Origin: Candidatus Woesearchaeota archaeon
GTDB taxonomy: Archaea > Nanobdellota > Nanobdellia > Pacearchaeales > GW2011-AR1
Length of the DNA: 42,972 nucleotides
Direction of reading: 5' to 3'
Assembly (NCBI GenBank): GCA_964600865.1
Contig: CAZRJP010000002.1
Coordinates: forward strand, 1-42,972
Shown: positions 17,805 through 26,707 of the stretch, one piece after another
Numbering within the stretch: the stretch's first letter is position 1
How the letters are laid out: each line of letters starts with the position of its first letter
Notes under the pieces: model-generated
Databases searched by the model: none
The model's input: only the letters and a program-made list of their open reading frames with translations
What the model was told of the DNA's origin: nothing
Translations under genes and position numbers: made by a program

Positions 17805-18113
17805 ATGGAGTTTTGTCCTAAATGTGGTGCAATGTTAGTAAAAAAAAGAACAAACCTAGGTTGTCCACGTTGTAATTATTCTTCAAGAAATAAAGGAAAA
17901 TTAAAAACTTCTGAAAAAATAGATGAAGGTAAGGAAGTTGCAGTACTTTCAGGGAAAGAATTACATACATGTCCTGTTATTAATGAAAAATGTAAAAAAT
18001 GTGGTAATGAAAAAGCATATTTTTGGACTGTCCAAACTAGGGCAAGTGATGAGGCTGAAACAAAATTCTTTAAATGTACTAAATGTGGCAATACTAGAAG
18101 AGAATATCGATAA
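17805..18113 (+). CDS. tfs: Transcription factor S / RNA polymerase subunit M
   Basis: An N-terminal Zn ribbon 'CPKCGAML...CPRC' is followed by a C-terminal TFIIS-type ribbon 'CKKCGNEKAYFWTVQTRASDEAET.FFKCTKCG'. Confidence 0.88.
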   Translation: MEFCPKCGAMLVKKRTNLGCPRCNYSSRNKGKLKTSEKIDEGKEVAVLSGKELHTCPVINEKCKKCGNEKAYFWTVQTRASDEAETKFFKCTKCGNTRREYR

Positions 18114-18256
18114 TGGATTTTAAAAAAACAATACTATCACTTATTGCAATTTCTTTAGTGTCCATATTATTTTTTCCTAAAAACCAAATAAGATTTATTT
18201 GGATACCTTTAATCCTATCTTTAATTCTAGGAATAATTTACTTAAAAGTAAAATAA
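18113..18256 (+). CDS. Possible 47-aa two-TM membrane peptide (not in the ORF track)
   Basis: Its ATG overlaps the tfs stop (TAATG). The translation is MDFKKTILSLIAISLVSILFFPKNQIRFIWIPLILSLILGIIYLKVK. The coupling is suggestive but the ORF is short. Confidence 0.25.
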   Translation: MDFKKTILSLIAISLVSILFFPKNQIRFIWIPLILSLILGIIYLKVK

Positions 18257-18317
18257 AAATCAAAAATTCTTAATTATTTTAACACTAACAAAAATATAAT
18301 AAATGTAATGTGGTGAA

Positions 18318-18372
18318 AAATAAAAAAAATAAAAGAAATAAAAGAAACAGGCTAATTAAATTAACTAGCCTG
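18318..18372 (-). terminator. Hairpin plus T-rich tract downstream of the 18383-19180 gene
   Basis: A 7-bp stem caggcta/tagcctg (18348-18354 with 18366-18372) is followed on the minus strand by a long T-rich run. Confidence 0.3.
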
Positions 18373-18382
18373 AAATTGGTCT

Positions 18383-19180
18383 TTAACCTTTAATTTTATT
18401 TCCTATATCTGAGGCTCCCTCATCTTCTTGAGATTTGTCATTAGACTCTTCATTTTCATCTTCCTGAGATTCATCTTCAGCATTTGCTTTTCCTGCTTCA
18501 ATTCTATTCTCAGCTCTTTCATTGATTCTTTCATTTATTCTTTCTTCTAAATCATCTAATTCTTCTTCAGAGCTTTCAGAAACAACCTTTAATCTAGATC
18601 TAATATTTTCTCTTTTCTGAGAAATCTTAGATTCTATCTCTCCAGCTCTTTCTTGAATTCTTCCAAATACTTCTCTAAGATGAGCAAGTTGCTCTTCGCT
18701 CATATTTTGGTCTGCTTTTCTTTCAAGAATTCTATTGTGAACTCTTGCTACTTTCTCTTTATGAAATTCTACTTTAGACCTAATATCTAAAACATCTTCA
18801 TAGGTATTTTCAGCTGATTCCTCATCACCATTAACTTCTAATTTATCCACAATTCCTTGTGTTACATTAATAAGTCTATCATGGCCTTTTTGAGCCTTTT
18901 CAGCTTCATTATCTTTTCCTTTATCTGCCATTGCTTCAGCTTCTGCTAATCTTTCTTCAGCATATCTTAATGCCTTATTAGCTTTCTTAGCCTTATTAAA
19001 TGTTAAACCTAATGAAACTCTTTCCATGGCTGTTTCTAAACCATAAAAAGCTGAATCAGGCGTAACACCTGCAGCAACGTCTAAACCATCATCTATAGTT
19101 GTAGCATCTTCAGCTGCAACTAATGGCATAACCATCAGACCGAAAATAAAAACTGTCATTAAAATTGTTCTTGTTTTCAT
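18383..19180 (-). CDS. Secreted acidic coiled-coil protein (DUF5667-like N-region)
   Basis: A signal peptide 'MKTRTILMTVFIFGLMVMPLVAA' is followed by 'PDSAFYGLETAMERVSL' and then E/D/R-rich helical sequence. Confidence 0.5.
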   Translation of the reverse strand: MKTRTILMTVFIFGLMVMPLVAAEDATTIDDGLDVAAGVTPDSAFYGLETAMERVSLGLTFNKAKKANKALRYAEERLAEAEAMADKGKDNEAEKAQKGHDRLINVTQGIVDKLEVNGDEESAENTYEDVLDIRSKVEFHKEKVARVHNRILERKADQNMSEEQLAHLREVFGRIQERAGEIESKISQKRENIRSRLKVVSESSEEELDDLEERINERINERAENRIEAGKANAEDESQEDENEESNDKSQEDEGASDIGNKIKG

Positions 19181-19304
19181 TTTGTTTGTTTTTTGCTTTA
19201 TTTATTCCTCCCGCATTTTAATTTACCTTGTAAAATATAAGAAACACTTCTTTATAATTAATCCTTGAAACAAGATGAAACAAGCTTTTGAACTATTAAG
19301 AGAA

Positions 19305-20192
19305 TTATTTTTTCTTCAATAACCTTATCCTATTCTCATTACCATAAGGTATTTTTTCTATTAATTCTTTTTGCTGAAGTTTTCTAAGTTTTCTACTTAA
19401 TCTTACCTTACTAATTCCTAAATCATTAACAATTTCTTTAGTCCATGATTCATTTTTTTTCTTGTTTAATAAATACTCTATTATTTCCTTTTGTTCTCCA
19501 TATAAATTTCTTGTTAATTTCTTCTTTAAATCTGTTTTTTTCTTAGATTTTTTACTTTTTTTAGATTTCTTCTTAGATTTCTTCTTAGATTTCTTCTTAG
19601 ATTTCTTCTTAGATTTCTTTTTTAAAATATTAATCTTCTTTTTAAGAATAACTGTTTGATAAAAAACAATAAATGCAATTAATAAAACTACAAAAACAGG
19701 CCAGAATAATTCTATTTCATTAACTGGTTCATATGAAATAAGAACATCCTTAGAATTAATATTTTCCCATTTTAAAATAACTCTCCTTCCATCTGTAATA
19801 ATATTATAATTTTCAGGAAAAATAATTTTGTTTTTAGTAAGAATAGCTTTTTCAGGAAGTCTAACAGTTAAATTAACAACTCCCTCAAATTTATCTCCTG
19901 TTAATATAAAAAAATGTTTTTCTTTTACTCCCTCAATAACACTCTCTGTAATATAACTTACAATTAACTCTTCAGAAGAATCTACTTTTAATGATTGATT
20001 TATTATTTTAAAATCTTCATTTGATTCAATTGTTCTAGCATCATATGGTAATTTATATCCAAAATTAGAAACCCTTCCAAAATTTATTTCTGCTAATGTT
20101 TTATCTTCTACAATAGTGTAATTTACAGAAACAGCACTTACTAATCCTATCATCCATATCACAAAAAGGCTAAATAATATTATCTTCTTCAT
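19305..20192 (-). CDS. Membrane-anchored protein with extracellular domain, KKS-repeat linker and C-terminal winged-helix domain
   Basis: It has a signal peptide, a ~150-aa ectodomain, the TM 'FWPVFVVLLIAFIVFY', a (KKSK)n repeat, and a wHTH-like segment 'EIIEYLLNKKKNESWTKEIVNDLGISKVRLSRKLRKLQQKELIEK'. Confidence 0.55.
   Translation of the reverse strand: MKKIILFSLFVIWMIGLVSAVSVNYTIVEDKTLAEINFGRVSNFGYKLPYDARTIESNEDFKIINQSLKVDSSEELIVSYITESVIEGVKEKHFFILTGDKFEGVVNLTVRLPEKAILTKNKIIFPENYNIITDGRRVILKWENINSKDVLISYEPVNEIELFWPVFVVLLIAFIVFYQTVILKKKINILKKKSKKKSKKKSKKKSKKKSKKSKKSKKKTDLKKKLTRNLYGEQKEIIEYLLNKKKNESWTKEIVNDLGISKVRLSRKLRKLQQKELIEKIPYGNENRIRLLKKK
19561..19620. repeat. 12-bp tandem repeat x5 (ttagatttcttc), coding
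   Basis: Four perfect units plus one unit with one change encode the KKSKKKSKKKS... linker of the 19305-20192 protein. Confidence 0.9.
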
Positions 20193-20233
20193 ATATATTA
20201 TAAGATATAGGTTTATTTTAAACTTTCTAAAAA

Positions 20234-20308
20234 TGGCCTTGAAGGGAGTTGAACCCTCGACACCCAGATTAAGAGTCTGGTGCTCTAACCAGGCTGAGCT
20301 ACAAGGCC
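20234..20308 (-). tRNA. tRNA-Lys (anticodon CUU), no encoded CCA
   Basis: The minus strand reads GGCCTTGTAGCTCAGCCTGGTTAGAGCACCAGACTCTTAATCTGGGTGTCGAGGGTTCAACTCCCTTCAAGGCCA. It folds by hand into a full cloverleaf with acceptor GGCCTTG/CAAGGCC, anticodon arm CCAGA-CTCTTAA-TCTGG and a T loop TTCAACT. Confidence 0.9.
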
Positions 20309-20437
20309 ATATTTTCTGTCTAAATAAAAGATATTTTATTTAAAAAAGTGCCTATTAACAAAAAAAAACATAAAATTCAGAATAAAAAACATTTTTAAAG
20401 ATAAAATTCATTAAATAACTATAAAAGGAGGTTGAAA

Positions 20438-20791
20438 ATGGCAAAAAAGAAAAAAAGTAAAAACAACCAACTTGGAAAGGCCGCTTTAATAATTGGTTTA
20501 ATTCTAGCAATTGTTGCAGGATTGATTCCATCAATTGAAGCTTATGCTTACACAGGATTAATCTTAGTTGTTCTAGGATTAGTTGTGGGTCTCATGAATA
20601 TTGCAGAAAAAGACACATCTAAACTATTAATAGCGATCATCGCTTTAATGGCAGTTGGAACAGCGACTATAAACGTTATTCCATTGATAAATGAATATTT
20701 ATCTGCGATGTTAAGAAATTTCCTAGCATTTGTTGGTGCTGCAGGTTTTGTTGTAGCTATTAAAGCTATTCTAGAAACTAGCAGAATATAA
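20438..20791 (+). CDS. Small membrane protein (3-4 TM), unknown function
   Basis: I chose the ATG at 20438 because AAGGAGG (20425-20431) lies just upstream. The translation is hydrophobic. Confidence 0.55.
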   Translation: MAKKKKSKNNQLGKAALIIGLILAIVAGLIPSIEAYAYTGLILVVLGLVVGLMNIAEKDTSKLLIAIIALMAVGTATINVIPLINEYLSAMLRNFLAFVGAAGFVVAIKAILETSRI

Positions 20792-20817
20792 ATTAATTTT
20801 TAATTTATTTTAAAAGA

Positions 20818-20848
20818 TAGGCATTTATTTGCCTACTCTTTATTTTTT
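20818..20848 (+). terminator. Hairpin plus T-tract after the 20438-20791 gene
   Basis: The stem taggca/tgccta (20818-20823 with 20830-20835) is followed by ctctttatttttt. Confidence 0.3.
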
Positions 20849-21017
20849 ATAATTCATTTCTTATACTTAATTTTTCTATTCTCACTTTACTCTTTTTCTA
20901 TATAATAATTAAAATTATATTGTAAAAGACATACTTACAAATAATAAAAACAGAATAAAAGATTTAAGTCTATCTAAATAAATCTTCATGTTCTTTCAAA
21001 AATAGACAGGGCGGTAG

Positions 21018-21287
21018 TTATTTCTTTAATAATTTCTGAATACCCTCAATGGCATCAGCTATTTCTCTTCCTCTCTTGGTCAAATAAATTAATTTTATTC
21101 GCCCCTTTTTTTCAAATTCAACCAATTTCATTTTTTCTAAATTCTGCAGTATCTTTACTGCATGGCTATAAGTACAATCTACTTCTTTAGCCAAAATACT
21201 ACCATACCTCGGTCTATGATCTTTCTTCAAATTTACCAACATTAAGGCTGGCTTTCTCCTAAAAAAGAGATCAAAATTGTCTTTCAT
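21018..21287 (-). CDS. Small winged-helix transcriptional regulator
   Basis: This 89-aa protein has 'YGSILAKEVDCTYSHAVKILQNLEKMKLVEFEKKGRIK', a typical HTH followed by a wing. Confidence 0.6.
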   Translation of the reverse strand: MKDNFDLFFRRKPALMLVNLKKDHRPRYGSILAKEVDCTYSHAVKILQNLEKMKLVEFEKKGRIKLIYLTKRGREIADAIEGIQKLLKK

Positions 21288-21485
21288 TTTTTTTTAAGGT
21301 ATGTTATTTAACGTATATATTCAGATGGTGATGAGCTTATAAATGTTTTGAAAAATATACAATATACCTCAGTTTTCACTCCTACCTATGGGTGAAAAAT
21401 AAAATTTTCCAAAATCCCAAATTAACTAAAATTTTATAATATCAATCATGTTATATTATATTATATATGATTATACTAAATAAAA

Positions 21486-22151
21486 ATGATAAAGAAAAAA
21501 TCTAAGAAAAGGCTAAAAAAAGAAAAGACTAAAAATAAAACAAAAGTATTTGCAGCAGGAGACATTCATGGAGATACTGGACTTGCTAAGAAACTTGCTA
21601 ACAAAGCTAAAAAATCTGAGGCAGACATGATAATTTTAGCAGGAGATATAACAATGTTTGAAGAAAATACTAAAAATCTTGTAGGTCCTTTTGCAAAATT
21701 AAAAAAACCCGTTTTATTACTACATGGAAATCATGAATCTCTTGCAACAGTAGACTTTTTAAGTAATTTATACTCTCCAGAAACCAAAAATTTACATGGG
21801 TATTCAATTATAACTAATGACAATGTAGGTATTTTTGGAACAGGTGGAGCAGATTTTGGAGTAGAGCCTATGTCAGAAAAAGATTTTTTTAAAACATTAA
21901 AAAAAGCATACAATGGACTAAAAGGAAAAAGTGTTGATAAAAAAATAATGGTCACCCATATGCATCCATTCAAAAGTCAAGCAGAATTCAGTGGATTTGA
22001 AGGAAGTAAAGGAATAAGAAAGGCAATAAAAACATTTAAACCAGATATAGTTCTTTCAGGACATATTCACGAAGCAGAAGGAATGCAAGATAAAATAGGA
22101 AAAACGAAAATATATCATATTGGAAGAGAGGGGAAAATAATAGAAATATAA
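21486..22151 (+). CDS. Calcineurin-like metallophosphoesterase
   Basis: It has the motifs 'AAGDIHGD', 'LAGDI', 'HGNHE' and 'SGHIHE'. Confidence 0.8.
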   Translation: MIKKKSKKRLKKEKTKNKTKVFAAGDIHGDTGLAKKLANKAKKSEADMIILAGDITMFEENTKNLVGPFAKLKKPVLLLHGNHESLATVDFLSNLYSPETKNLHGYSIITNDNVGIFGTGGADFGVEPMSEKDFFKTLKKAYNGLKGKSVDKKIMVTHMHPFKSQAEFSGFEGSKGIRKAIKTFKPDIVLSGHIHEAEGMQDKIGKTKIYHIGREGKIIEI

Positions 22152-22154
22152 AAA

Positions 22155-22529
22155 ATGGCAAGAACACTGATAAATAAAAGGAAAAAAGAATTCATCCAAA
22201 AAATGGAAAATGAGAATCAAAGTTGTCTCGAAAAATATGTTACAACCAAGGAAGACCAAATTAGTGTTAACTGGAAATTAATTGCTAAAGAAGAAAAAAA
22301 GATAAAAAAAGACGAAACAGATGATATTTTTAGATATTTAAGATATTATGGAATTCTAAAATACCAAAAAGCTAAAGGAAGTTTTTACTTAAGTGGGGCT
22401 GGATTAAATCTAGGGCCTATAGAAAATGGTCTTATTATTCATAATTTTGCAAAAAAAGAAGATGCAAAAGAATATCTTAATGCAAAATACAAAGGATCAA
22501 TGTACTCAATTACTATAGAAAAAGTATAA
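22155..22529 (+). CDS. Hypothetical protein
   Basis: This 124-aa ORF lies 3 nt after the phosphoesterase stop. I recognise no family. Confidence 0.4.
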   Translation: MARTLINKRKKEFIQKMENENQSCLEKYVTTKEDQISVNWKLIAKEEKKIKKDETDDIFRYLRYYGILKYQKAKGSFYLSGAGLNLGPIENGLIIHNFAKKEDAKEYLNAKYKGSMYSITIEKV

Positions 22530-22567
22530 TAAGTCAATAAAAAAGGTATAATAAGTCAATAAAAAAA
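22524..22567. repeat. 22-bp tandem duplication spanning a stop codon
   Basis: The unit gtataataagtcaataaaaaag occurs twice (21/22 identical). The first unit contains the last codon and TAA of the 22155-22529 ORF. Confidence 0.9.
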
Positions 22568-22619
22568 TCTAAAAAGATGATTAATCATATTTATATAATT
22601 AGAATCATTAATTAATATC

Positions 22620-25007
22620 ATGCCAAAAAAACCTAAAAAAAGCAGAGAAGAATCATCAGCTGAAGAATATTTCCCAGTTGATGAAGAAGACCTAAAAAAT
22701 ACAACAGAAAAACAAGTAAAAGATTCTACTCCTGAAAGACCAAAACACTCAACAGAAAAATCTGTTAAAAAGATAGAAAGTGATGTCCACTCTATAGAAA
22801 AAAAATATCATCAACCAGATAAAAAAGATATTGAAAAAGTAGAAAAAAAAGGCAAAAAATCTAAGAAAAAAAAGAAATCTAAAAGAACTACAACAAAAAC
22901 AAAAAAATATATTCCTCCTAAGATAAAATTAAAAGAAAAAGGATATGAATTAATAATAACAGAAAAACCTCAGGCAGCAGGTAAAATCGCGTCAGCATTA
23001 GGAAAACCAGTAAAAAATTCTCACCAAAAAGTTTCTTATTATGAATTAAATAGAAATGGAAAAAAAATAGTTATTGTTTCTGCCGTAGGTCATTTGCTAA
23101 CCCTTGCCCAAAATAAAAAAGGAACTGAAATCCCTATGTTTGATATAAGCTGGAAACCAAACTTTCAAGTAAGAAAAGGTGACTTTACAAAAAGATACTA
23201 TAATACAATTCTAAAATTATGTAAAAATGCAGGAAGTTTAACTGTGGCTACAGACTTTGATGTAGAAGGAGAAGTTATTGGAACAAATGTTGTAAAATAT
23301 ATCTGTAATCAATCTGATGCTAAAAGAATGAAATTCTCTACATTGACAAAAAAAGAATTAGAAGATTCATATGAAAACAAAAAACCCTCAATAGAATGGG
23401 GCCAGGCAATTGCAGGAGAAACACGACACTATTTAGACTGGTATTATGGTATAAATCTTTCACGGGCCTTAATGAATGCTATCAAAACAACTGGGAAATT
23501 CAAGATAATGTCCATTGGTCGTGTTCAAGGACCTGCATTAAATTTAATTGTAGAAAAAGAAAGAAAAATACAAAAATTTAAACCTAAACCCTACTGGCAA
23601 GTATTTATAACAATCGAAGATGGAAAAAACAAATTAGAATTAAAATATACTAAAAATATCTTTGATAAAAAACAACTAAGTAAATTCAAAAAATTAAAAG
23701 GACAAAAAATCAAGGCCTCTACAAAAAAATACAAAAGAAAAATTCCTCCAAAAAGCCCATTTAATCTATCAAGTCTTCAAAAAGAAGCATACAATCTTTA
23801 CAAAATAAAACCATCTAAAACACTAAAAATAGCTCAAAGCCTTTATTTAAATGGGTTAATATCCTATCCAAGAACATCAAGTCAAAAACTTCCTGCATCA
23901 ATAGGATATAAAAAAATATTAAAAAAATTAGCAAAAAAATACAAGGCAAAACATTTAATTAAAAAAGACAAGCCAAAAGAAGGTAAAAAATCTGATCCTG
24001 CACACCCATCAATATATCCTACAGGAGATACACAAATATTATCTGGCCAAGACGAAAAAATATATGATTTAATTGTTAAAAGATTTCTATCATTATTTTG
24101 TGAAAATGCCATCATAGAAAACAAAACAGTTACAGCTAAAAAAGAAAAAATGAAATTCAAGAAAAAGGGCAAACAGATAATAAAAAAAGCATGGATGGAA
24201 ATCTATCCTACTAGGAGGAAAATAGAAGAAATCCCTGACTTCAAGGGAAAAGTAGATATAAATGATTGTAAATTTGAAGATAAAGAAACTAAACCTCCAA
24301 GAAGATACTCTCCTGCTTCAATCTTATCTGCATTAGAAAAAAGAAATCTTGGAACAAAAGCAACTCGTTCAAATATCTTAGAAACTCTTTACAGTAGAAA
24401 CTACATAAAAGACCAAAGCATAAAAGCAACCCCTTTAGGAATGTCCTTAATATCCTCCTTAGAAAAACACTCTCCTATAATAATAAATGAAGAATTAACA
24501 AGAAAATTTGAAGAAGATATGGAAGAAATAAAAAATGCTAAAAAATCTAAATTAGAAAAAGAAGAGCAGAAAATTCTAAAAAATGCTCAGAAAAGTATAA
24601 AGGATATTGCTAAAGATTTTAAACAACATAAAAAAGAAATAGGAAAAGAACTTATGAAAGCAATAACAAAATACAGGGAACAACAAAAAAAGGAAAACAG
24701 AATAATGATTTGTCCAAAATGTAAAAAAGGCCATTTAGCAATAACTTATTCTAAAAAAACAAAAAGAAAATTCATTGCATGTGATGCTTATCCTAAATGT
24801 AAAACAACATACTCCTTGCCACCATATGGAAAAATAAAAAAATTAGGTAAAGATAAACTATGTAAAGAATGTAAATTCCCATTATTAATGTCTATAAGAA
24901 AAGGAAAAAAACCATGGATATTTTGCTTTAACCCTAAATGCCCTACAAATAAAAAAAGGATTGAAAAATATAAAAAAAGGAAAGCTAAACAAAAAAAGAA
25001 AAATTAA
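22620..25007 (+). CDS. topA: DNA topoisomerase, type IA, with a Lys-rich N-terminal extension and C-terminal zinc ribbons
   Basis: It has Toprim 'LIITEKPQAA' and 'ATDFDVEGE', the catalytic Tyr box 'LISYPRTSS', and C-terminal 'CPKCKKG...CDAYPKC' and 'CKECKFP...CFNPKC'. Confidence 0.9.
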   Translation: MPKKPKKSREESSAEEYFPVDEEDLKNTTEKQVKDSTPERPKHSTEKSVKKIESDVHSIEKKYHQPDKKDIEKVEKKGKKSKKKKKSKRTTTKTKKYIPPKIKLKEKGYELIITEKPQAAGKIASALGKPVKNSHQKVSYYELNRNGKKIVIVSAVGHLLTLAQNKKGTEIPMFDISWKPNFQVRKGDFTKRYYNTILKLCKNAGSLTVATDFDVEGEVIGTNVVKYICNQSDAKRMKFSTLTKKELEDSYENKKPSIEWGQAIAGETRHYLDWYYGINLSRALMNAIKTTGKFKIMSIGRVQGPALNLIVEKERKIQKFKPKPYWQVFITIEDGKNKLELKYTKNIFDKKQLSKFKKLKGQKIKASTKKYKRKIPPKSPFNLSSLQKEAYNLYKIKPSKTLKIAQSLYLNGLISYPRTSSQKLPASIGYKKILKKLAKKYKAKHLIKKDKPKEGKKSDPAHPSIYPTGDTQILSGQDEKIYDLIVKRFLSLFCENAIIENKTVTAKKEKMKFKKKGKQIIKKAWMEIYPTRRKIEEIPDFKGKVDINDCKFEDKETKPPRRYSPASILSALEKRNLGTKATRSNILETLYSRNYIKDQSIKATPLGMSLISSLEKHSPIIINEELTRKFEEDMEEIKNAKKSKLEKEEQKILKNAQKSIKDIAKDFKQHKKEIGKELMKAITKYREQQKKENRIMICPKCKKGHLAITYSKKTKRKFIACDAYPKCKTTYSLPPYGKIKKLGKDKLCKECKFPLLMSIRKGKKPWIFCFNPKCPTNKKRIEKYKKRKAKQKKKN

Positions 25008-25223
25008 ACAATCTTAATACTCTCGTTTTTTAATAAAAAAATCTTAAATAAAGTTTTATTATATACCAATTTACACCTTTACTAAAGTTACTAAAGGATC
25101 TAATTCTCCCTAGTGAAACAATTCTAATACCCCTTCAAATTTTCATAATAAACCTCAAAAAAATTAAGTATAATTATACTATAATAATCCTTATAAAATT
25201 GTAACAATATCCAATAATATAAA

Positions 25224-25499
25224 ATGGTAGATAGAATAAAAGAAATAAGGGAAATTTCTAGTGTATTCAATAATAGAAAAGAAAAGAATATGAATAGTCT
25301 GTTGAGAAAAATAGATGAATACTATAACTCAAAAGGTATGACTATTTATCCTGCAGGTTCTTGTTACAAAAGTTCTGATCATTTTGAAATATATTCTGGT
25401 AATTTAATCATCCCAGAAAACTTTGAAGAAATAAGAACAATAGACTCTGTTTTTGAAGACCCAAATTTTAAAGAATGGGTAAGAAAAAACGAAAATTAA
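25224..25499 (+). CDS. Hypothetical small protein
   Basis: This is a 91-aa ORF whose end overlaps the convergent gene by 4 nt. Confidence 0.3.
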   Translation: MVDRIKEIREISSVFNNRKEKNMNSLLRKIDEYYNSKGMTIYPAGSCYKSSDHFEIYSGNLIIPENFEEIRTIDSVFEDPNFKEWVRKNEN

Positions 25500-26704
25500 A
25501 ACCACTGTCTTAAATTCTTTTGTGTTTTTATCCTTTTCAATAACTTACTTTTTTCAAAGATAGGACTATACTCAAAGTCATATTTTATCTTACCTATCTT
25601 CTTGGCAGATTCCAACATCTCTCCTCTAGTTGCAAACTCCAGTCCTCTTTTACTCATAGCCTTCCTAACACTCTCTCTTACAACCCAAACACCAAGAGAT
25701 GCCCAATAAGAAGGGTTTTCGACTCTAATGACTAAAACACTTGCTTGTCTTTTTATGCTATTCAAATACTCTAAAATAGGTAGTCTGGTTGCATAATACC
25801 CTCCAGAAGTGTTTGAAGCATACTTGGTTCTACCATCAAACCATTCATAATCTGTAGAGGCCTTAATCTCCTCACTAGGATTCCAAGAACTATTAGGAAG
25901 ATATAATTCAAAAAGTTCATAGCTCCAAACCCCAGGAAATAATAAAATAATATAACTATTACCTAAAAACTCTCCCCAATGCAACTCATAATTATTTATC
26001 CATTTATAATCCTTAATCTTTTTATGAAGATACTTTCCAATCATATCATCTGTAGCAGTTATACTCCATCTAGTAGGAACAAATTTCTTATCTTTTTTTA
26101 ATCCTAAAACCCCTACGGATAAAATTTTATTTAAAGAATATTCATTAAACTTTTTCTTGTAAAGCATCTCCACAGCATCTCTTGCTTTTATCTCATCATT
26201 AATAGCTTTATCAATCTGCCTAGGAACCTTAACATTTGAAACAACCTTTGCTTTTTTTAATCCTGCTTTCATCCCATGATGAGTCAAAATCTTATCTTTT
26301 TTATTTCTCATTTTTAACTTATGCTTAAGCTCAATTTCCACATCCACTGGATTAGATGCAATAGCAATCTCCTGTGCAAGGTTAACAAATCTTTTTCTTT
26401 TACGAGTATCCTTCACCTTACTTTTAAACCTTGAATTTAAAAGAGAATTTCTTAATCTTAAAACATCCTCAATTTCAAAATTATTATCTGCCCAGTATTT
26501 TTCACTATCATAAATCCAGGCATTCTTATCTCTTTGCAAAGGACTCATAATACCAATATTTACATTTGGATATTTTAATCCAGAACCAACAAAAACACTT
26601 GGAGGGCTCGCTGTATCCAGTTTAGAGATATCCTTAATATCCTTAATCTTAAAATTAGTCTCAGCTACTTTTTTAATTGTTTCAAATTTTATTTTTTTAT
26701 TCAT
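25496..26704 (-). CDS. nreA: Nre-family (NreA-like) DNA repair protein with C-terminal PIP box
   Basis: It is about 400 aa and sits immediately downstream of radB with a 3-nt gap. The extreme C-terminus 'QKNLRQWF' fits the PCNA-interaction motif Qxx[LIM]xx[FYW][FY]. The family assignment rests on size, context and memory of the family, not on a search. Confidence 0.55.
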   Translation of the reverse strand: MNKKIKFETIKKVAETNFKIKDIKDISKLDTASPPSVFVGSGLKYPNVNIGIMSPLQRDKNAWIYDSEKYWADNNFEIEDVLRLRNSLLNSRFKSKVKDTRKRKRFVNLAQEIAIASNPVDVEIELKHKLKMRNKKDKILTHHGMKAGLKKAKVVSNVKVPRQIDKAINDEIKARDAVEMLYKKKFNEYSLNKILSVGVLGLKKDKKFVPTRWSITATDDMIGKYLHKKIKDYKWINNYELHWGEFLGNSYIILLFPGVWSYELFELYLPNSSWNPSEEIKASTDYEWFDGRTKYASNTSGGYYATRLPILEYLNSIKRQASVLVIRVENPSYWASLGVWVVRESVRKAMSKRGLEFATRGEMLESAKKIGKIKYDFEYSPIFEKSKLLKRIKTQKNLRQWF

Positions 26705-26707
26705 AAA

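Noticed and set aside
19561-19620. The tandem repeats were checked as a possible CRISPR array or minisatellite.
   Set aside because: The units are 12 bp with no spacers and lie in frame inside a coding region (KKSK repeats). No CRISPR-like repeat-spacer structure exists anywhere in the window.
21328-21398. A candidate C/D-box sRNA or operator in the divergent intergenic region, consisting of GTGATGA (21328-21334) plus a 7-bp hairpin ttttcac/gtgaaaa (21373-21379 with 21392-21398).
   Set aside because: No matching D box (CTGA), C' box or D' box is present at sensible spacing. A single C-box-like heptamer is expected by chance. It could still be a regulator-binding site, but I cannot support that.
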